NCBI GenBank assembly: GCA_050014195.1
Contig: JBEKDT010000001.1
Span: forward strand, 128,001-192,000
Direction of reading: 5' to 3'
DNA from: Desulfomonilia bacterium
GTDB taxonomy: Bacteria; Desulfobacterota; Desulfomonilia; UBA1062
Length of the DNA stretch: 64,000 bases
Below the pieces are notes generated by a model, which did not search any database, was not told where the DNA came from, and saw only the letters and a program-made list of their open reading frames with translations. Made by a program: the position numbers and the translations under genes. Shown piece after piece: positions 37,090 to 46,595 of this stretch; the stretch's first letter is position 1; the number at the start of each line of letters is the position of its first letter.

Positions 37090-37497
37090 ATGATAGAGTC
37101 AATAAGTCACATTACTTTCATCGTCAAAGATGTTGAAAGAACGGGGCATTTCCTGCGATCGATCTTCGATGCCGAAGAGGTCTATGACAGTGCGGGGAAG
37201 AACTTTTCAATTTCATACGAGAAGTTCTTTATTATCGGGGGTGCTTGGATAGCGGTTATGCAAGGTGAGCCATTGTCGGAGCGTTCTTATAACCATGTTG
37301 CATTCAAGGTATCCGACTCTGAGTTTGATGAGTATGTATCAAGACTAAAGCGACTTGGGATCGAGGTGGAACCAGGTCGTGACCGGGTTAGTGGTGAGGC
37401 CCGGTCAATATATTTCTATGATTACGACAACCATCTCTTCGAGCTGCACACCGGCACGCTTCATGAGAGGCTGGTGCATTATTCCAAAGGGAAATAA
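37090..37497 (+). CDS. fosX: Cassette 22: FosX/FosE/FosI-family fosfomycin resistance hydrolase
   Basis: SHITFIV, FS.S.EKFF, YNHVAF, RSIYFYDYDNHLFELHTGTL.ERL closely match FosX. Confidence 0.88.
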   Translation: MIESISHITFIVKDVERTGHFLRSIFDAEEVYDSAGKNFSISYEKFFIIGGAWIAVMQGEPLSERSYNHVAFKVSDSEFDEYVSRLKRLGIEVEPGRDRVSGEARSIYFYDYDNHLFELHTGTLHERLVHYSKGK

Positions 37498-37499
37498 AG

Positions 37500-37547
37500 C
37501 TCTAACAAAAGCCTGCGGACGGCTACAGCCGCCGCTGATGCGTGTCG
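37500..37547 (+). repeat. attC 22, terminal, ends at the crossover G
   Basis: CTCTAAC...GCGGACGGC...GCCGCCGCTGATGCGTGTC-G then AAAATAC instead of TT. Confidence 0.75.
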
Positions 37548-37606
37548 AAAATACGTCTTAATAGCTTCAATTGACCCATTGCATAAAGGTTTGTTATATG
37601 GACACC

Positions 37607-38749
37607 ATGAAGCCATCCAACACTGCCAGGACCATACAGCCTTTTCTGGTCATGGATGTCATGGAAAAGGCAAACACCCTTGCCGCGTCCGGCCGGGACA
37701 TCATCCACCTGGAGGTGGGTGAGCCTGATTTCGACACCCCGGAGTGCATACGCATAGCAGCGGCGAATGCCATGCATCAGGGCAGGACCCACTATACCGA
37801 CTCGCTCGGCATCCCGGAGCTGAGGAATGCCCTCAAAGAACATTATGAAATGACCTACCACGTTAGTATCGATGAGAATTGTATCGTGGTGACTGCAGGC
37901 TCCTCTCCCGCACTCCTCATGGCCATATCCTGCCTTGTGGATGCGGGTGACGAGGTCATTATGACCGACCCGTACTATGCCTGCTACCCGAACTTCGTCA
38001 AGATCTTAGGCGCGAAACCCCGCCTCATCCGCACGGGAAGCTCGGACAGATTCCAGCTGGACCCCGGAAAGGTAAAACGGAACATAACCGGCGTCACGAA
38101 AGCCCTGCTCATCAACTCACCGGCAAACCCTACGGGTATCTGCCTGGACGCCGATCACCTGAAGGCTTTAAGCGGGCTGGCCATCCCCATCATATCCGAT
38201 GAGATCTACCATGGGCTGGTCTATGCCGGGCAGCAGCACACCATACTCGAATTTACGGACAATACGATTGTGATCAACGGATTCTCCAAGGCCTATGCCA
38301 TGACGGGCTGGAGGCTCGGCTGGGCGGTCTTCCCCAGGGAACTCATCCGAACGGCCCAGAAGATCCAGCAGAACCTTATGATCTGCGCCCCATCCATTGC
38401 CCAGTGGGGCGGCGTCGCCGCACTTACCAAGGCCGGCACGGATGTAGAGAACATGCATCAGACCTTTGCCCGGCGAAGGAAGGTCATGCTCTCCGAGATG
38501 GCGAAGTTCGGCTTCAACGTAGAGGTGGAGCCCACGGGTGCATTCTATGTACTCGTGAATATGGGTGCGTACACAAATGACTCCCGCTCATTTGCCATGG
38601 AAACCCTGGAGCATACCGGTGTCGGGGTGACCCCGGGTATCGATTTCGGGCCCGGTGCTGAAGGCTACATCCGGTTCTCCTATGCCAACTCGGAAAAGAA
38701 TATCGTGGAAGGCATCTCCCGTGTCGCCTCATACTTAAAAAGCCTATGA
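37607..38749 (+). CDS. PLP-dependent class I/II aminotransferase
   Basis: GEPDF, NSPANPTG, SDEIY, FSKAYAMTGWRLG; start could be 37598. Confidence 0.93.
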   Translation: MKPSNTARTIQPFLVMDVMEKANTLAASGRDIIHLEVGEPDFDTPECIRIAAANAMHQGRTHYTDSLGIPELRNALKEHYEMTYHVSIDENCIVVTAGSSPALLMAISCLVDAGDEVIMTDPYYACYPNFVKILGAKPRLIRTGSSDRFQLDPGKVKRNITGVTKALLINSPANPTGICLDADHLKALSGLAIPIISDEIYHGLVYAGQQHTILEFTDNTIVINGFSKAYAMTGWRLGWAVFPRELIRTAQKIQQNLMICAPSIAQWGGVAALTKAGTDVENMHQTFARRRKVMLSEMAKFGFNVEVEPTGAFYVLVNMGAYTNDSRSFAMETLEHTGVGVTPGIDFGPGAEGYIRFSYANSEKNIVEGISRVASYLKSL

Positions 38750-39321
38750 AGGTGAAGATCCGGGACGCCGCCTTTGCAGGGGTCTTCCCCCATAATAGTG
38801 CAGGCCTGCCTCAGTATGCCATTGCAGGCAGGTCGAACGTGGGCAAGTCTTCGCTGATCAACAAGCTGCTGAACAGGAAGTCGCTCGTGAGGACGAGCAA
38901 GGTGCCGGGCAAGACCAGGGCCGTGAACCTTTTCAAAGTCGACCTGGTTGACCTTCCCTCCCTATACCTTGTCGACCTGCCGGGATATGGCTATGCCAAG
39001 GTTTCCAAGACCATCAGTCATGAGTGGAAAGAGCAGATCGCCAAATACTTCTCGAACAATCATGAACTCAAGCTTGTCATGCTGCTCGTGGACATCCGAA
39101 GGGATCTTCAAGATGAGGAACGCCTGCTCATGGACCTCATCAATAAAACCAAGGCCAAGGTCGTGCTTGTAGCTACCAAGACCGATAAGCTGGGGTATGC
39201 TCAGATGCTCAAACGCACATCGGAGCTTTCAAGGCAGTGTGGGTTGACCCCGGTTATCACCTCGTCTGCCACGGGAGACGGCATGGAAGAACTCTGGAGA
39301 CTCATCATCTCTTCCCTGTAG
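38746..39321 (+). CDS. engB: Ribosome biogenesis GTPase YihA/EngB
   Basis: GRSNVGKSS, PGKT, DLPGYGYA, TKTDK. Confidence 0.93.
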   Translation: MKVKIRDAAFAGVFPHNSAGLPQYAIAGRSNVGKSSLINKLLNRKSLVRTSKVPGKTRAVNLFKVDLVDLPSLYLVDLPGYGYAKVSKTISHEWKEQIAKYFSNNHELKLVMLLVDIRRDLQDEERLLMDLINKTKAKVVLVATKTDKLGYAQMLKRTSELSRQCGLTPVITSSATGDGMEELWRLIISSL

Positions 39322-39443
39322 TCGCTTTACGCATTTGTGAGCCCAACGGTCTTCGATGCAGTTCAATGCCCGGTACACCCCTGGTCCGTAATCCCAATAT
39401 TTCTATTTACTCCCCACTGCGTTGTGCTATTATCTGAGAAATC

Positions 39444-39713
39444 ATGCGTGATACTTCCTTTACCATAGACATCCAATCTTTTCTCCCCATCATCCTGCTC
39501 CTCCTCTTTCTGGTGATCCCCTATATGCTGAAAAACCTCGGCCGATACACATCAGCCGGTAAAAACCTCGACAGGTTTCCGGAAAAACCCAGGGACAGCA
39601 TGCACCCCGAGACCATGAGCGACTACCTCGAAGAGCCTCCTGTCAGGACTGACTATGAGAGGGTTACCAAGGATTCAGTCTCCAGTAAACCAATCACCCC
39701 TAAATGGTTCTAG
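39444..39713 (+). CDS. Small membrane-anchored hypothetical protein
   Basis: Single TM; ORF only. Confidence 0.55.
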   Translation: MRDTSFTIDIQSFLPIILLLLFLVIPYMLKNLGRYTSAGKNLDRFPEKPRDSMHPETMSDYLEEPPVRTDYERVTKDSVSSKPITPKWF

Positions 39714-40381
39714 ATAAGAAACCCGACACGGACGCCTGGCGTTTCATCTTAGGTATCTGCATCATCGCAGCATCCATCTATGTGTTCTACATCGGGACCG
39801 CCCTCAGGAACTCCCCTGAGCTCTTCCTCAAACCCCAAGCCATTAAGGTGAAAGCTTTTCCCTGCACATCCGTCACCTCGGAAGGGCTTACTGCCTGCAT
39901 CCCTTCCGGGATCGAATTCTTAGCCGGGGGAAGCGGGATTGAGCTCTTTTCCAGCAAGGACCGGATAAGGGGATCGATAAAAATCATACAAGTGCTTCCT
40001 CACGAGCGTGGATGGAGGGCATCCCTGAAGAGACCCTTCATGAAGATGTTCATCGGGAATGTCGATACGATCGGCACCTTTGAACTCATGGTCTTGATCC
40101 TCCAGCACCGATACAACCCAACGCTCATGGGGGCAAAGGCCGCACTTATCCCGCCCTGGATGAAAAACACGAAAGGCGCACATATCCTTATCTTGAAGGA
40201 AGAACGGGGCCTTATATTCTATACCCCGGGGCAGTCGTTGGGGCTCTCGTTCAAAAAGGGCTCAACCATATTGATGTCCATGAACGGACGGATCCCGCCT
40301 TCGATCACGGCCGGGATCATGTCCTCGATAAGCCTTATTACAACGGCAAGACCAAAAACGGGATCGAAGGGCTCTTCATGA
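39704..40381 (+). CDS. Hypothetical protein with N-terminal TM
   Basis: ORF coupled to previous gene. Confidence 0.55.
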   Translation: MVLDKKPDTDAWRFILGICIIAASIYVFYIGTALRNSPELFLKPQAIKVKAFPCTSVTSEGLTACIPSGIEFLAGGSGIELFSSKDRIRGSIKIIQVLPHERGWRASLKRPFMKMFIGNVDTIGTFELMVLILQHRYNPTLMGAKAALIPPWMKNTKGAHILILKEERGLIFYTPGQSLGLSFKKGSTILMSMNGRIPPSITAGIMSSISLITTARPKTGSKGSS

Positions 40382-40799
40382 ACTTCTCCGCATAGTCGCT
40401 CCTGAATCCGGCCAAGGCCCCTTTGATGACCTCGTGGCCGACTATGAGCAATTCGATGCCCTTGTCCTTGATCACCTTGTTGATCACTTCAATGGGAATC
40501 CCCCTCATGATCAGCCTGTGTTTCGCATCTATCGCATCGTCCCCCACCTGGCTGCAGATCGAATACATCTTGTCTCTGGCTGCCTTTATCACTTCTTCTT
40601 CGAGCTTGTCCGTATTGATGTGGGGGACGTAGAAGCCTGCAGCACTCTTGATGTCGGTTACGGTGTGGAGAACAAAGAGCTCCGCATCAACAAGACAGGA
40701 GAGCTGGTATGCATAGTCGACAAGATAAGGGCTGTACTTTGCAAAATCGATATAGCAGAGTATCTTCTGGGGCTTTTTCACTTTGGTCTTCTTCATCAT
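40338..40799 (-). CDS. Universal stress protein
   Basis: KILCYIDF..S, LFVLHTV, G.P...I, LLIVG, PFLVL. Confidence 0.85.
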   Translation of the reverse strand: MMKKTKVKKPQKILCYIDFAKYSPYLVDYAYQLSCLVDAELFVLHTVTDIKSAAGFYVPHINTDKLEEEVIKAARDKMYSICSQVGDDAIDAKHRLIMRGIPIEVINKVIKDKGIELLIVGHEVIKGALAGFRSDYAEKFMKSPSIPFLVLPL

Positions 40800-41192
40800 C
40801 TACCTCCTCGGTGCCGTTGTTGTGACCTCTTCTGAAACCGATTCTATCACATTCTTAAGCTCTTTGAGCTTAAAAGGTTTCGCTATGAAGGCGTTGGCAC
40901 CCCGTTCAAAGGCCAACTTCTGGGCTTCACTCACGGAAAACCCCGTTATCAGGACGATAGGCACCTTGGGGTACTTCATCTTGATCTCACCCATCAGGGT
41001 AAACCCATCCATGCGGGGCATATGGATATCACTCACCACGACCTGAATCGGTTGCTTGCCCATACAGTCCAACGCATCCAAGCCGTCGTGCGCTATATGG
41101 ACCTGATACCCATGCATGCTCAAGAAATCAGCAATCACATTGGTCAGATCCTGCGAATCGTCAACAATTAAAATTCTTTTTGAACTAATCAT
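40800..41192 (-). CDS. Single-domain response regulator
   Basis: ILIVDD, SDIHMP.MDG, ITG, KPF. Confidence 0.92.
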   Translation of the reverse strand: MISSKRILIVDDSQDLTNVIADFLSMHGYQVHIAHDGLDALDCMGKQPIQVVVSDIHMPRMDGFTLMGEIKMKYPKVPIVLITGFSVSEAQKLAFERGANAFIAKPFKLKELKNVIESVSEEVTTTAPRR

Positions 41193-41853
41193 TGGCCTCC
41201 TCATTCGGCAAATCAATAATCTCATAATCCCTTAAAGCCGGGTATCTCTTGGTATCGGCGTTTGTGAGGCCTGCCAGCTTCTCCATTACCTTCTTGATGG
41301 CGAAGATTTGATTCTCCATTACATGCAGTATCTCTTGTATCTTTGCATTGCTTTCCAGCTCCGGGTTGAGCTCAAGCATCTCCAGGTTGCCCAGGATGAT
41401 GTTGAGCGGGGTATTGATCCTGTCTGAGAGAGTCACTGCGGTCTTGGCAATGGCGCTCAGCTCATTGAGCTTCTTCTGCTCCATGCCATAAACCTGCATC
41501 TCGAGGGCTCTGTGCACCCTTAGGATGAGCTCATTCTCATCGCAGGGTTTGAGGAGATAGTCGTATACTCCCAGCCTGAGCGCCGATACCGCGGTCTTCA
41601 GGGAACCGTACCCAGTAATAACAATAACCAGGGTCTTAGGCGAGATAACCTTGATGTTCTCCAGCAGCTCAAGCCCACCCATGCCTTCCAGGACAATGTC
41701 CGTAAGCACCAGATGGAAACTCTTGTCATAGAGCAGCTTGAGCGCCTCCTCGGCTGATCCGACATCTTCCACCTCAAACCCGTTGGACGAAAGGATGTTT
41801 TTTAATGAATAGCGGACGATCTCTTCATCGTCCACAACGAGTATCCTCTTCAT
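41185..41853 (-). CDS. Response regulator with degenerate HisKA-like C-terminus
   Basis: REC (VVDD, TDIVL, ITGY, KP) plus TAVTLSDRINTPL. Confidence 0.85.
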   Translation of the reverse strand: MKRILVVDDEEIVRYSLKNILSSNGFEVEDVGSAEEALKLLYDKSFHLVLTDIVLEGMGGLELLENIKVISPKTLVIVITGYGSLKTAVSALRLGVYDYLLKPCDENELILRVHRALEMQVYGMEQKKLNELSAIAKTAVTLSDRINTPLNIILGNLEMLELNPELESNAKIQEILHVMENQIFAIKKVMEKLAGLTNADTKRYPALRDYEIIDLPNEEAND

Positions 41854-41855
41854 TG

Positions 41856-43982
41856 TTATTCCTTGACCACTCTGAACTGCAAGTGCTTATGGACGGATTC
41901 CCTTAATTCTTTGATCCTGAAAGGCTTCCTCAGATATGTCACACCCGTGGTCTCCAGGAATTCCTTTACCTGGAAGTCATAGGTATCACCCGTAATAAAC
42001 ATGAACCGCTTTTTCAGACCCGGGTCCTTCTTGATGGCTTCCTGATAGAACTCCATACCGTTCATTACCGGCATCCTCAAGTCGGAGATGATGAGTTCCC
42101 AGGCATACTCATCGAGGTGGTCACAAGCCTTTCTGCCGTCCTCAAAGGTAATCACCGTGTAATACGGGCTCAAGGTGTCAACCATGAGGTCAAGGAGGTC
42201 CTTCTCATCTTCCACTACCATAATCAAGCTCTGTCTCTTCTGGTCTTCGTAGGATGGGCAGGCCGATTCATCATCTAAGGCAGCATCTTTTCCCCTGGTA
42301 TCCACATCCATAATGGCCGGGAGCTTCATGATCGCCATGGCGCCATTCTTCGTGTTTTCTATAAATACCTCGCCCTTGTGATCGGCGATAATACCATAGC
42401 AGATGGATAGCCCCAGCCCGGTCCCCTTATCCTTGGGTTTGGTGGTGAAGAAGGGATCGAAGATCTTCGTCATAACACTTTGGGGTATACCGGGACCCGT
42501 GTCTTCTATAGTAACATTCACATAGTCGTTACTCATGAACGACCTGACCCAGATGGTGCCCATCCGTTCGTCTATGGCATCGATGGAATTGTTGATGAAA
42601 TTCACGAGCACCTGCTCCATGCAGTTCATATCAGCCCTTATATAGAGGGGATCTTCAGTGTCTTCGTTGATGATGGTAATACCGCGCTTCTTGATGATGG
42701 GGCTATAGAGGGTTATGGTTCTCCTGATAACCTCACGCATGTCGAAAATATTTTTCTCGGGTGGTTTATTCCGGGCAAACTTGAGCAGGGATTCCACAAT
42801 CCCCTTGGCGGCGGCGGCGGAGTTGATGATGACATTAAGCCTCTTCTGATCCTGAGGGGTCAGGTAGTCCTGGTCGATGAGGTCGGCAAACCCTAAAATA
42901 GGGGTAAGCTTGTTATTGAGCTCGTGAGCTATCCCGGACGTAAGCAACCCCAAGGAGGTGAGCTTCTCTGTCTGCATGGTCTTCTGCTCAATGCGTCTCT
43001 TGACCGTGATATCCCTCATGATCACAAGCACCTGGTCAAGATCGATATGCTTGATAAAGAACTGGCCGATTATATCGGCCTTCTCTCCCACCTTCACATT
43101 AATATCAAACTCAGAGGAATGGCCGGTATCTCCCTGGGAGATCTTCTCGAGGATCAAGGAAGCGCATGCTTCATCGAAGATGTCTGTAACAACCAAGGGT
43201 TGTCTGGTAATGAGATTCTGCAGGGCACTATTGAGAAACAAGACCTTGCCCGAGGTATCAAGAATGAAGATCATCTCCTCGGATACATCGACCACAGCCT
43301 TGTACCTCTCCGTCACACTCCGTATAGATTCATCCTTCTGCTTCACGAGTTCGGTAAGGTCGGAATTCTTCCGCTGGAAGACCTCATAGAGGTGCACCAG
43401 GGTCAGCATCTGGCCGATAAGCATACCCAGCAACTCAAAAACCCTAACATAGTGGACATTGAAGAAGCCCTTGAGAGAATGGGACAGGTTCATGACCCCC
43501 AGGGTCCTGTTGCCCTCCTTGATGGGCACGCATAACATGGAACCGATTCGGACTTTGGCGGAATCAATCTTCTTGAAAAACTCGCAATCTTCGACATCAC
43601 TGACCAGAATGGTCTTTCCATTCCTGGCACAGGTCCCTGCAACACCATCTCCAAGCTCCATACTCACATGGGGATTGGCATTGTCGATAGCCATGCCGGA
43701 AGCCGCCTTGAGTACGATCCTCTCACCCTCCACCATGAAGATGGAGGCGTTCTCACACCGGGATTCTTCGATGAGCACGCTTGTCACATAGGAAAAGAAA
43801 TCATGCTCAGGGGAACCTTTCGTGACGAATTCGGTGATCTCGAAGATGGAGGAAAGTATGCCTACCGTGTATTCATAGAAGTCAGAGGCCTTGCTGAGAA
43901 GATCAAGCAGGATTCTTTCACGAGTTGAGGTAAGCTCTGTGGATTCGCCCCGTAGAGAATACAGATCCTTCACGGTAAACAC
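41856..43982 (-). CDS. Hybrid histidine kinase GAF-PAS-HisKA-HATPase-REC
   Basis: AHELNN, NFINNS, DTGPG, FFTTK, GTGLGL, SDLRMP. Confidence 0.93.
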   Translation of the reverse strand: MFTVKDLYSLRGESTELTSTRERILLDLLSKASDFYEYTVGILSSIFEITEFVTKGSPEHDFFSYVTSVLIEESRCENASIFMVEGERIVLKAASGMAIDNANPHVSMELGDGVAGTCARNGKTILVSDVEDCEFFKKIDSAKVRIGSMLCVPIKEGNRTLGVMNLSHSLKGFFNVHYVRVFELLGMLIGQMLTLVHLYEVFQRKNSDLTELVKQKDESIRSVTERYKAVVDVSEEMIFILDTSGKVLFLNSALQNLITRQPLVVTDIFDEACASLILEKISQGDTGHSSEFDINVKVGEKADIIGQFFIKHIDLDQVLVIMRDITVKRRIEQKTMQTEKLTSLGLLTSGIAHELNNKLTPILGFADLIDQDYLTPQDQKRLNVIINSAAAAKGIVESLLKFARNKPPEKNIFDMREVIRRTITLYSPIIKKRGITIINEDTEDPLYIRADMNCMEQVLVNFINNSIDAIDERMGTIWVRSFMSNDYVNVTIEDTGPGIPQSVMTKIFDPFFTTKPKDKGTGLGLSICYGIIADHKGEVFIENTKNGAMAIMKLPAIMDVDTRGKDAALDDESACPSYEDQKRQSLIMVVEDEKDLLDLMVDTLSPYYTVITFEDGRKACDHLDEYAWELIISDLRMPVMNGMEFYQEAIKKDPGLKKRFMFITGDTYDFQVKEFLETTGVTYLRKPFRIKELRESVHKHLQFRVVKE

Positions 43983-43990
43983 AATGCCCC

Positions 43991-44797
43991 TTACCCCAAA
44001 TTTTCAAATATGGCTGTGTTCGTTCTATACCTTTGTCTCACAGTATTTACAAGATCTTTATACTCATCACCCAACAGGCTCCTGATGAGGGCCTCTTGCT
44101 CTATATCTTCAGACATCAAGCCCCTTTCATGCTGTATAGCGACCTGGTCAGTCAGATAAACGATTGCGGATGTGCGGTTTACCGGCTCATGATGATTCCT
44201 GATGACGCTGATGACTTCCGGAGGGAAATGCCACCGCTGTGCAACAATCTCGCCGATTATCGTGTGGTCCATTGAAAAAACATCCTTCTCTAATGTCAGG
44301 TCAGGCCAGCATCCGCTGAATTCACATAAGGGTAAGTACTGGTCGGGGGCCTTGCAGACGAGGACCATCCTGCCGATATCATGGAGAAGACCCCCCGTAA
44401 AGAGACATTCTTTCTCCGTTTTACTTCTCCCAAGGAGTCCTGAGATAAAGGCTACTGCATACGAATGTCTCCAGAGCTGCTTCATGGAAGGTGTCTCATT
44501 GCCGAAGGTTTCCATTACGGCCATGGACAACGCAATGCATTTGACCATGTCAATGCCGATCGTACGCAACGCCTGCTGGATACCTACATGCTTCTCGGCA
44601 TGCCGGTAGAACGAAGAATTTGCAAGCTTGATCACCTTGGCCGCCATGGCAGGATCACTGGATACAACCTGCTCGATACTCTCAAGGGAGGAGTCCTCCT
44701 CCTGGAGTACCTGAAACAGTTTCATCCGGCTGGATTCCAGCGTCGGGATGCTCTCAATGTGCTGCTCAATCTTTTCCATGAGATAAGACTGTTCCAT
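43991..44797 (-). CDS. HDOD domain protein
   Basis: DPAMAAKVIKLANSSFY, LWRHS, LLHDIG, WHFP. Confidence 0.92.
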   Translation of the reverse strand: MEQSYLMEKIEQHIESIPTLESSRMKLFQVLQEEDSSLESIEQVVSSDPAMAAKVIKLANSSFYRHAEKHVGIQQALRTIGIDMVKCIALSMAVMETFGNETPSMKQLWRHSYAVAFISGLLGRSKTEKECLFTGGLLHDIGRMVLVCKAPDQYLPLCEFSGCWPDLTLEKDVFSMDHTIIGEIVAQRWHFPPEVISVIRNHHEPVNRTSAIVYLTDQVAIQHERGLMSEDIEQEALIRSLLGDEYKDLVNTVRQRYRTNTAIFENLG

Positions 44798-45022
44798 CAA
44801 ACCATTTAACGGCCTTTTATTGAAATATCTTTAAGGCTTAATGCCGCCATGCACACAGGAGTTGCGTAACTTAAGCACGGCCGGGGTAACATCATCATGG
44901 GATCCTCTGATGAAATGAAAAATAAATCTCATGAAATGTCTACGATTATCCGTTAGTATGGTGAGAGTTGTAAGTTGTTTGTGCTCCATTATTATGTGAG
45001 GATAAGGAGAACTGCAAAGAGA

Positions 45023-45940
45023 ATGGGTGCCGCGCTGGTATTGAAGAAGACACGGGTCCTGACAGTAGATGATGAACAGGAGACCCTCGATCTTATTGAA
45101 GAATACCTGATAGGGCGCGATTTCGACGTGACCACCACCATGAGCGGGGAACAGGCGGTGGAAATCGTCCAGAAAGACCTCTTCCACATCGCCATTGTGG
45201 ATCTTCACCTGCCGGGCATGACCGGCGCGGAATTGCTGAAATCCATAAAAAGTATTCGCCCTGATGTCCAGGTCGTCATGATCACCGGATACGGCACCAT
45301 TCGTGATGCGGTGGAATGCATGAAACTCGGCGCCTCGGATTTCATTACCAAGCCTATCCTGCTCGACCACCTCCACCTCACCATCCGAAGGATTCTCGAA
45401 GAGGTAAGGCTCAAGGAGGAGGCCGAGCTGGCCGACTACTACCGCAATCTTTCCCGTACCGATGAGCTCACGGGCCTGTATAACTTCCGCCATCTCATGA
45501 GCATTCTCAAAAATGAGGTTTCGAGACATCTGAGATACAACAGGACGCTCTCATTGGCCATGATCGATATCGATGACTTTAAAAAATACAACGATGCCAA
45601 AGGACATGAGGAGGGGAACGAACTGCTCGTACGCCTGGCTCACGTGTTCAAGCACAACACAAGGAACTGCGACATCCTTGCCCGCTATGGCGGAGAGGAG
45701 TTCATCATTATATTCCCCGAGACATCGATTGAAGAGGCCCTCGTGGTGTCTCAGCGTATCTGCAGTACCGTTGAATCGACACTGGGTGTCAGTGTCACCA
45801 TGGGCATTTCAAGCCTGCCGAAGGATTCCAGCGAGCCGCATGAAATAATCAGGATAGCGGATGCGGCCATGTACTGGGGCAAGATACACGGAAAGAATCA
45901 GATTGCCATCTACGACAGCTCGATGTCCACGTGCAGATAG
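45023..45940 (+). CDS. REC-GGDEF diguanylate cyclase
   Basis: REC domain; [19 protein letters not shown]-site, RYGGEEF. Confidence 0.93.
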   Translation: MGAALVLKKTRVLTVDDEQETLDLIEEYLIGRDFDVTTTMSGEQAVEIVQKDLFHIAIVDLHLPGMTGAELLKSIKSIRPDVQVVMITGYGTIRDAVECMKLGASDFITKPILLDHLHLTIRRILEEVRLKEEAELADYYRNLSRTDELTGLYNFRHLMSILKNEVSRHLRYNRTLSLAMIDIDDFKKYNDAKGHEEGNELLVRLAHVFKHNTRNCDILARYGGEEFIIIFPETSIEEALVVSQRICSTVESTLGVSVTMGISSLPKDSSEPHEIIRIADAAMYWGKIHGKNQIAIYDSSMSTCR

Positions 45941-46566
45941 AGATCCCCGGCCTTTTTCGTAAAATTCGGCCTTCCCATTCCCTGCACCCTAAGAACCATA
46001 TCCTGCTGCGTGTTCTTCGGCACCTTAATGCGGATCTGCCGTTTGACGAAGCCCGGCCTGTACTCTATGGTAATATATCCTCCGAGGGCGGCAATGCTTG
46101 ACGGTATGGCGACCCTCTCATGCATGTCCATGACCGCATGGAACATCCTGTTCATCCCTTGCGAGGTCAGGCGAATCATGGACCGTCTGAGGATTGCACC
46201 GGGTGTGCCTCCCACGACAAAGGCCTCATAGGCAAACACCTTGCTTACGTTCAATATGCGGTCGATCCATTCTTTGCGTATGGGAAGGTCATCGAAGACG
46301 TCCCGGAACTCCGATTTGGAGAAGATATCATCGAACACCTTAGACCTGCTGAAGGTATATGTTTGCTGCCGATCGAACTTCCGCCTCTTTTCCGGATCGA
46401 TAAGGACCCCATAGGCCTCGGTGATCTCCTTGAAAAACTCGGTTGTCTCTTCGTCCTGGTTACGGTCGGGGTGGTATTGAAGTGCAAGCCTTCGATAGCT
46501 CTTCTTGATCTCTAAAGGCGTTGCATCCTTCGATATACCCAAAATCCGATAATAATCCTTTGACAT
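45910..46566 (-). CDS. DnaJ (J-domain) protein
   Basis: DYY.ILG, HPD, C-terminal LRV.G.G...GDLY. Confidence 0.88.
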   Translation of the reverse strand: MSKDYYRILGISKDATPLEIKKSYRRLALQYHPDRNQDEETTEFFKEITEAYGVLIDPEKRRKFDRQQTYTFSRSKVFDDIFSKSEFRDVFDDLPIRKEWIDRILNVSKVFAYEAFVVGGTPGAILRRSMIRLTSQGMNRMFHAVMDMHERVAIPSSIAALGGYITIEYRPGFVKRQIRIKVPKNTQQDMVLRVQGMGRPNFTKKAGDLYLHVDIELS

Positions 46567-46595
46567 GCCGGAACCTCATCAGGAGATCGATTAGC

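Larger units (their letters stand above)
21479..37547 (+). mobile_element. Integron gene-cassette array, 22 cassettes, no intI in window (CALIN-like)
   Basis: Co-oriented short ORFs each followed by AAC...CAGCGGAC-like...CCGCTGA-like...GTT palindromes; 15 of 22 cassettes have perfectly complementary 7-bp ends. Confidence 0.95.

Noticed and set aside
22627-37547. Recurring CAGCGGAC/CCGCTGA palindromes as CRISPR repeats or terminators
   Set aside because: They are separated by whole genes, vary in sequence and length, lack U-tracts and carry AAC/GTT cores typical of attC; no cas genes
44800-45020. Riboswitch in the HDOD / diguanylate cyclase divergent intergenic region
   Set aside because: No recognisable c-di-GMP or other aptamer consensus by eye; cmscan would be needed
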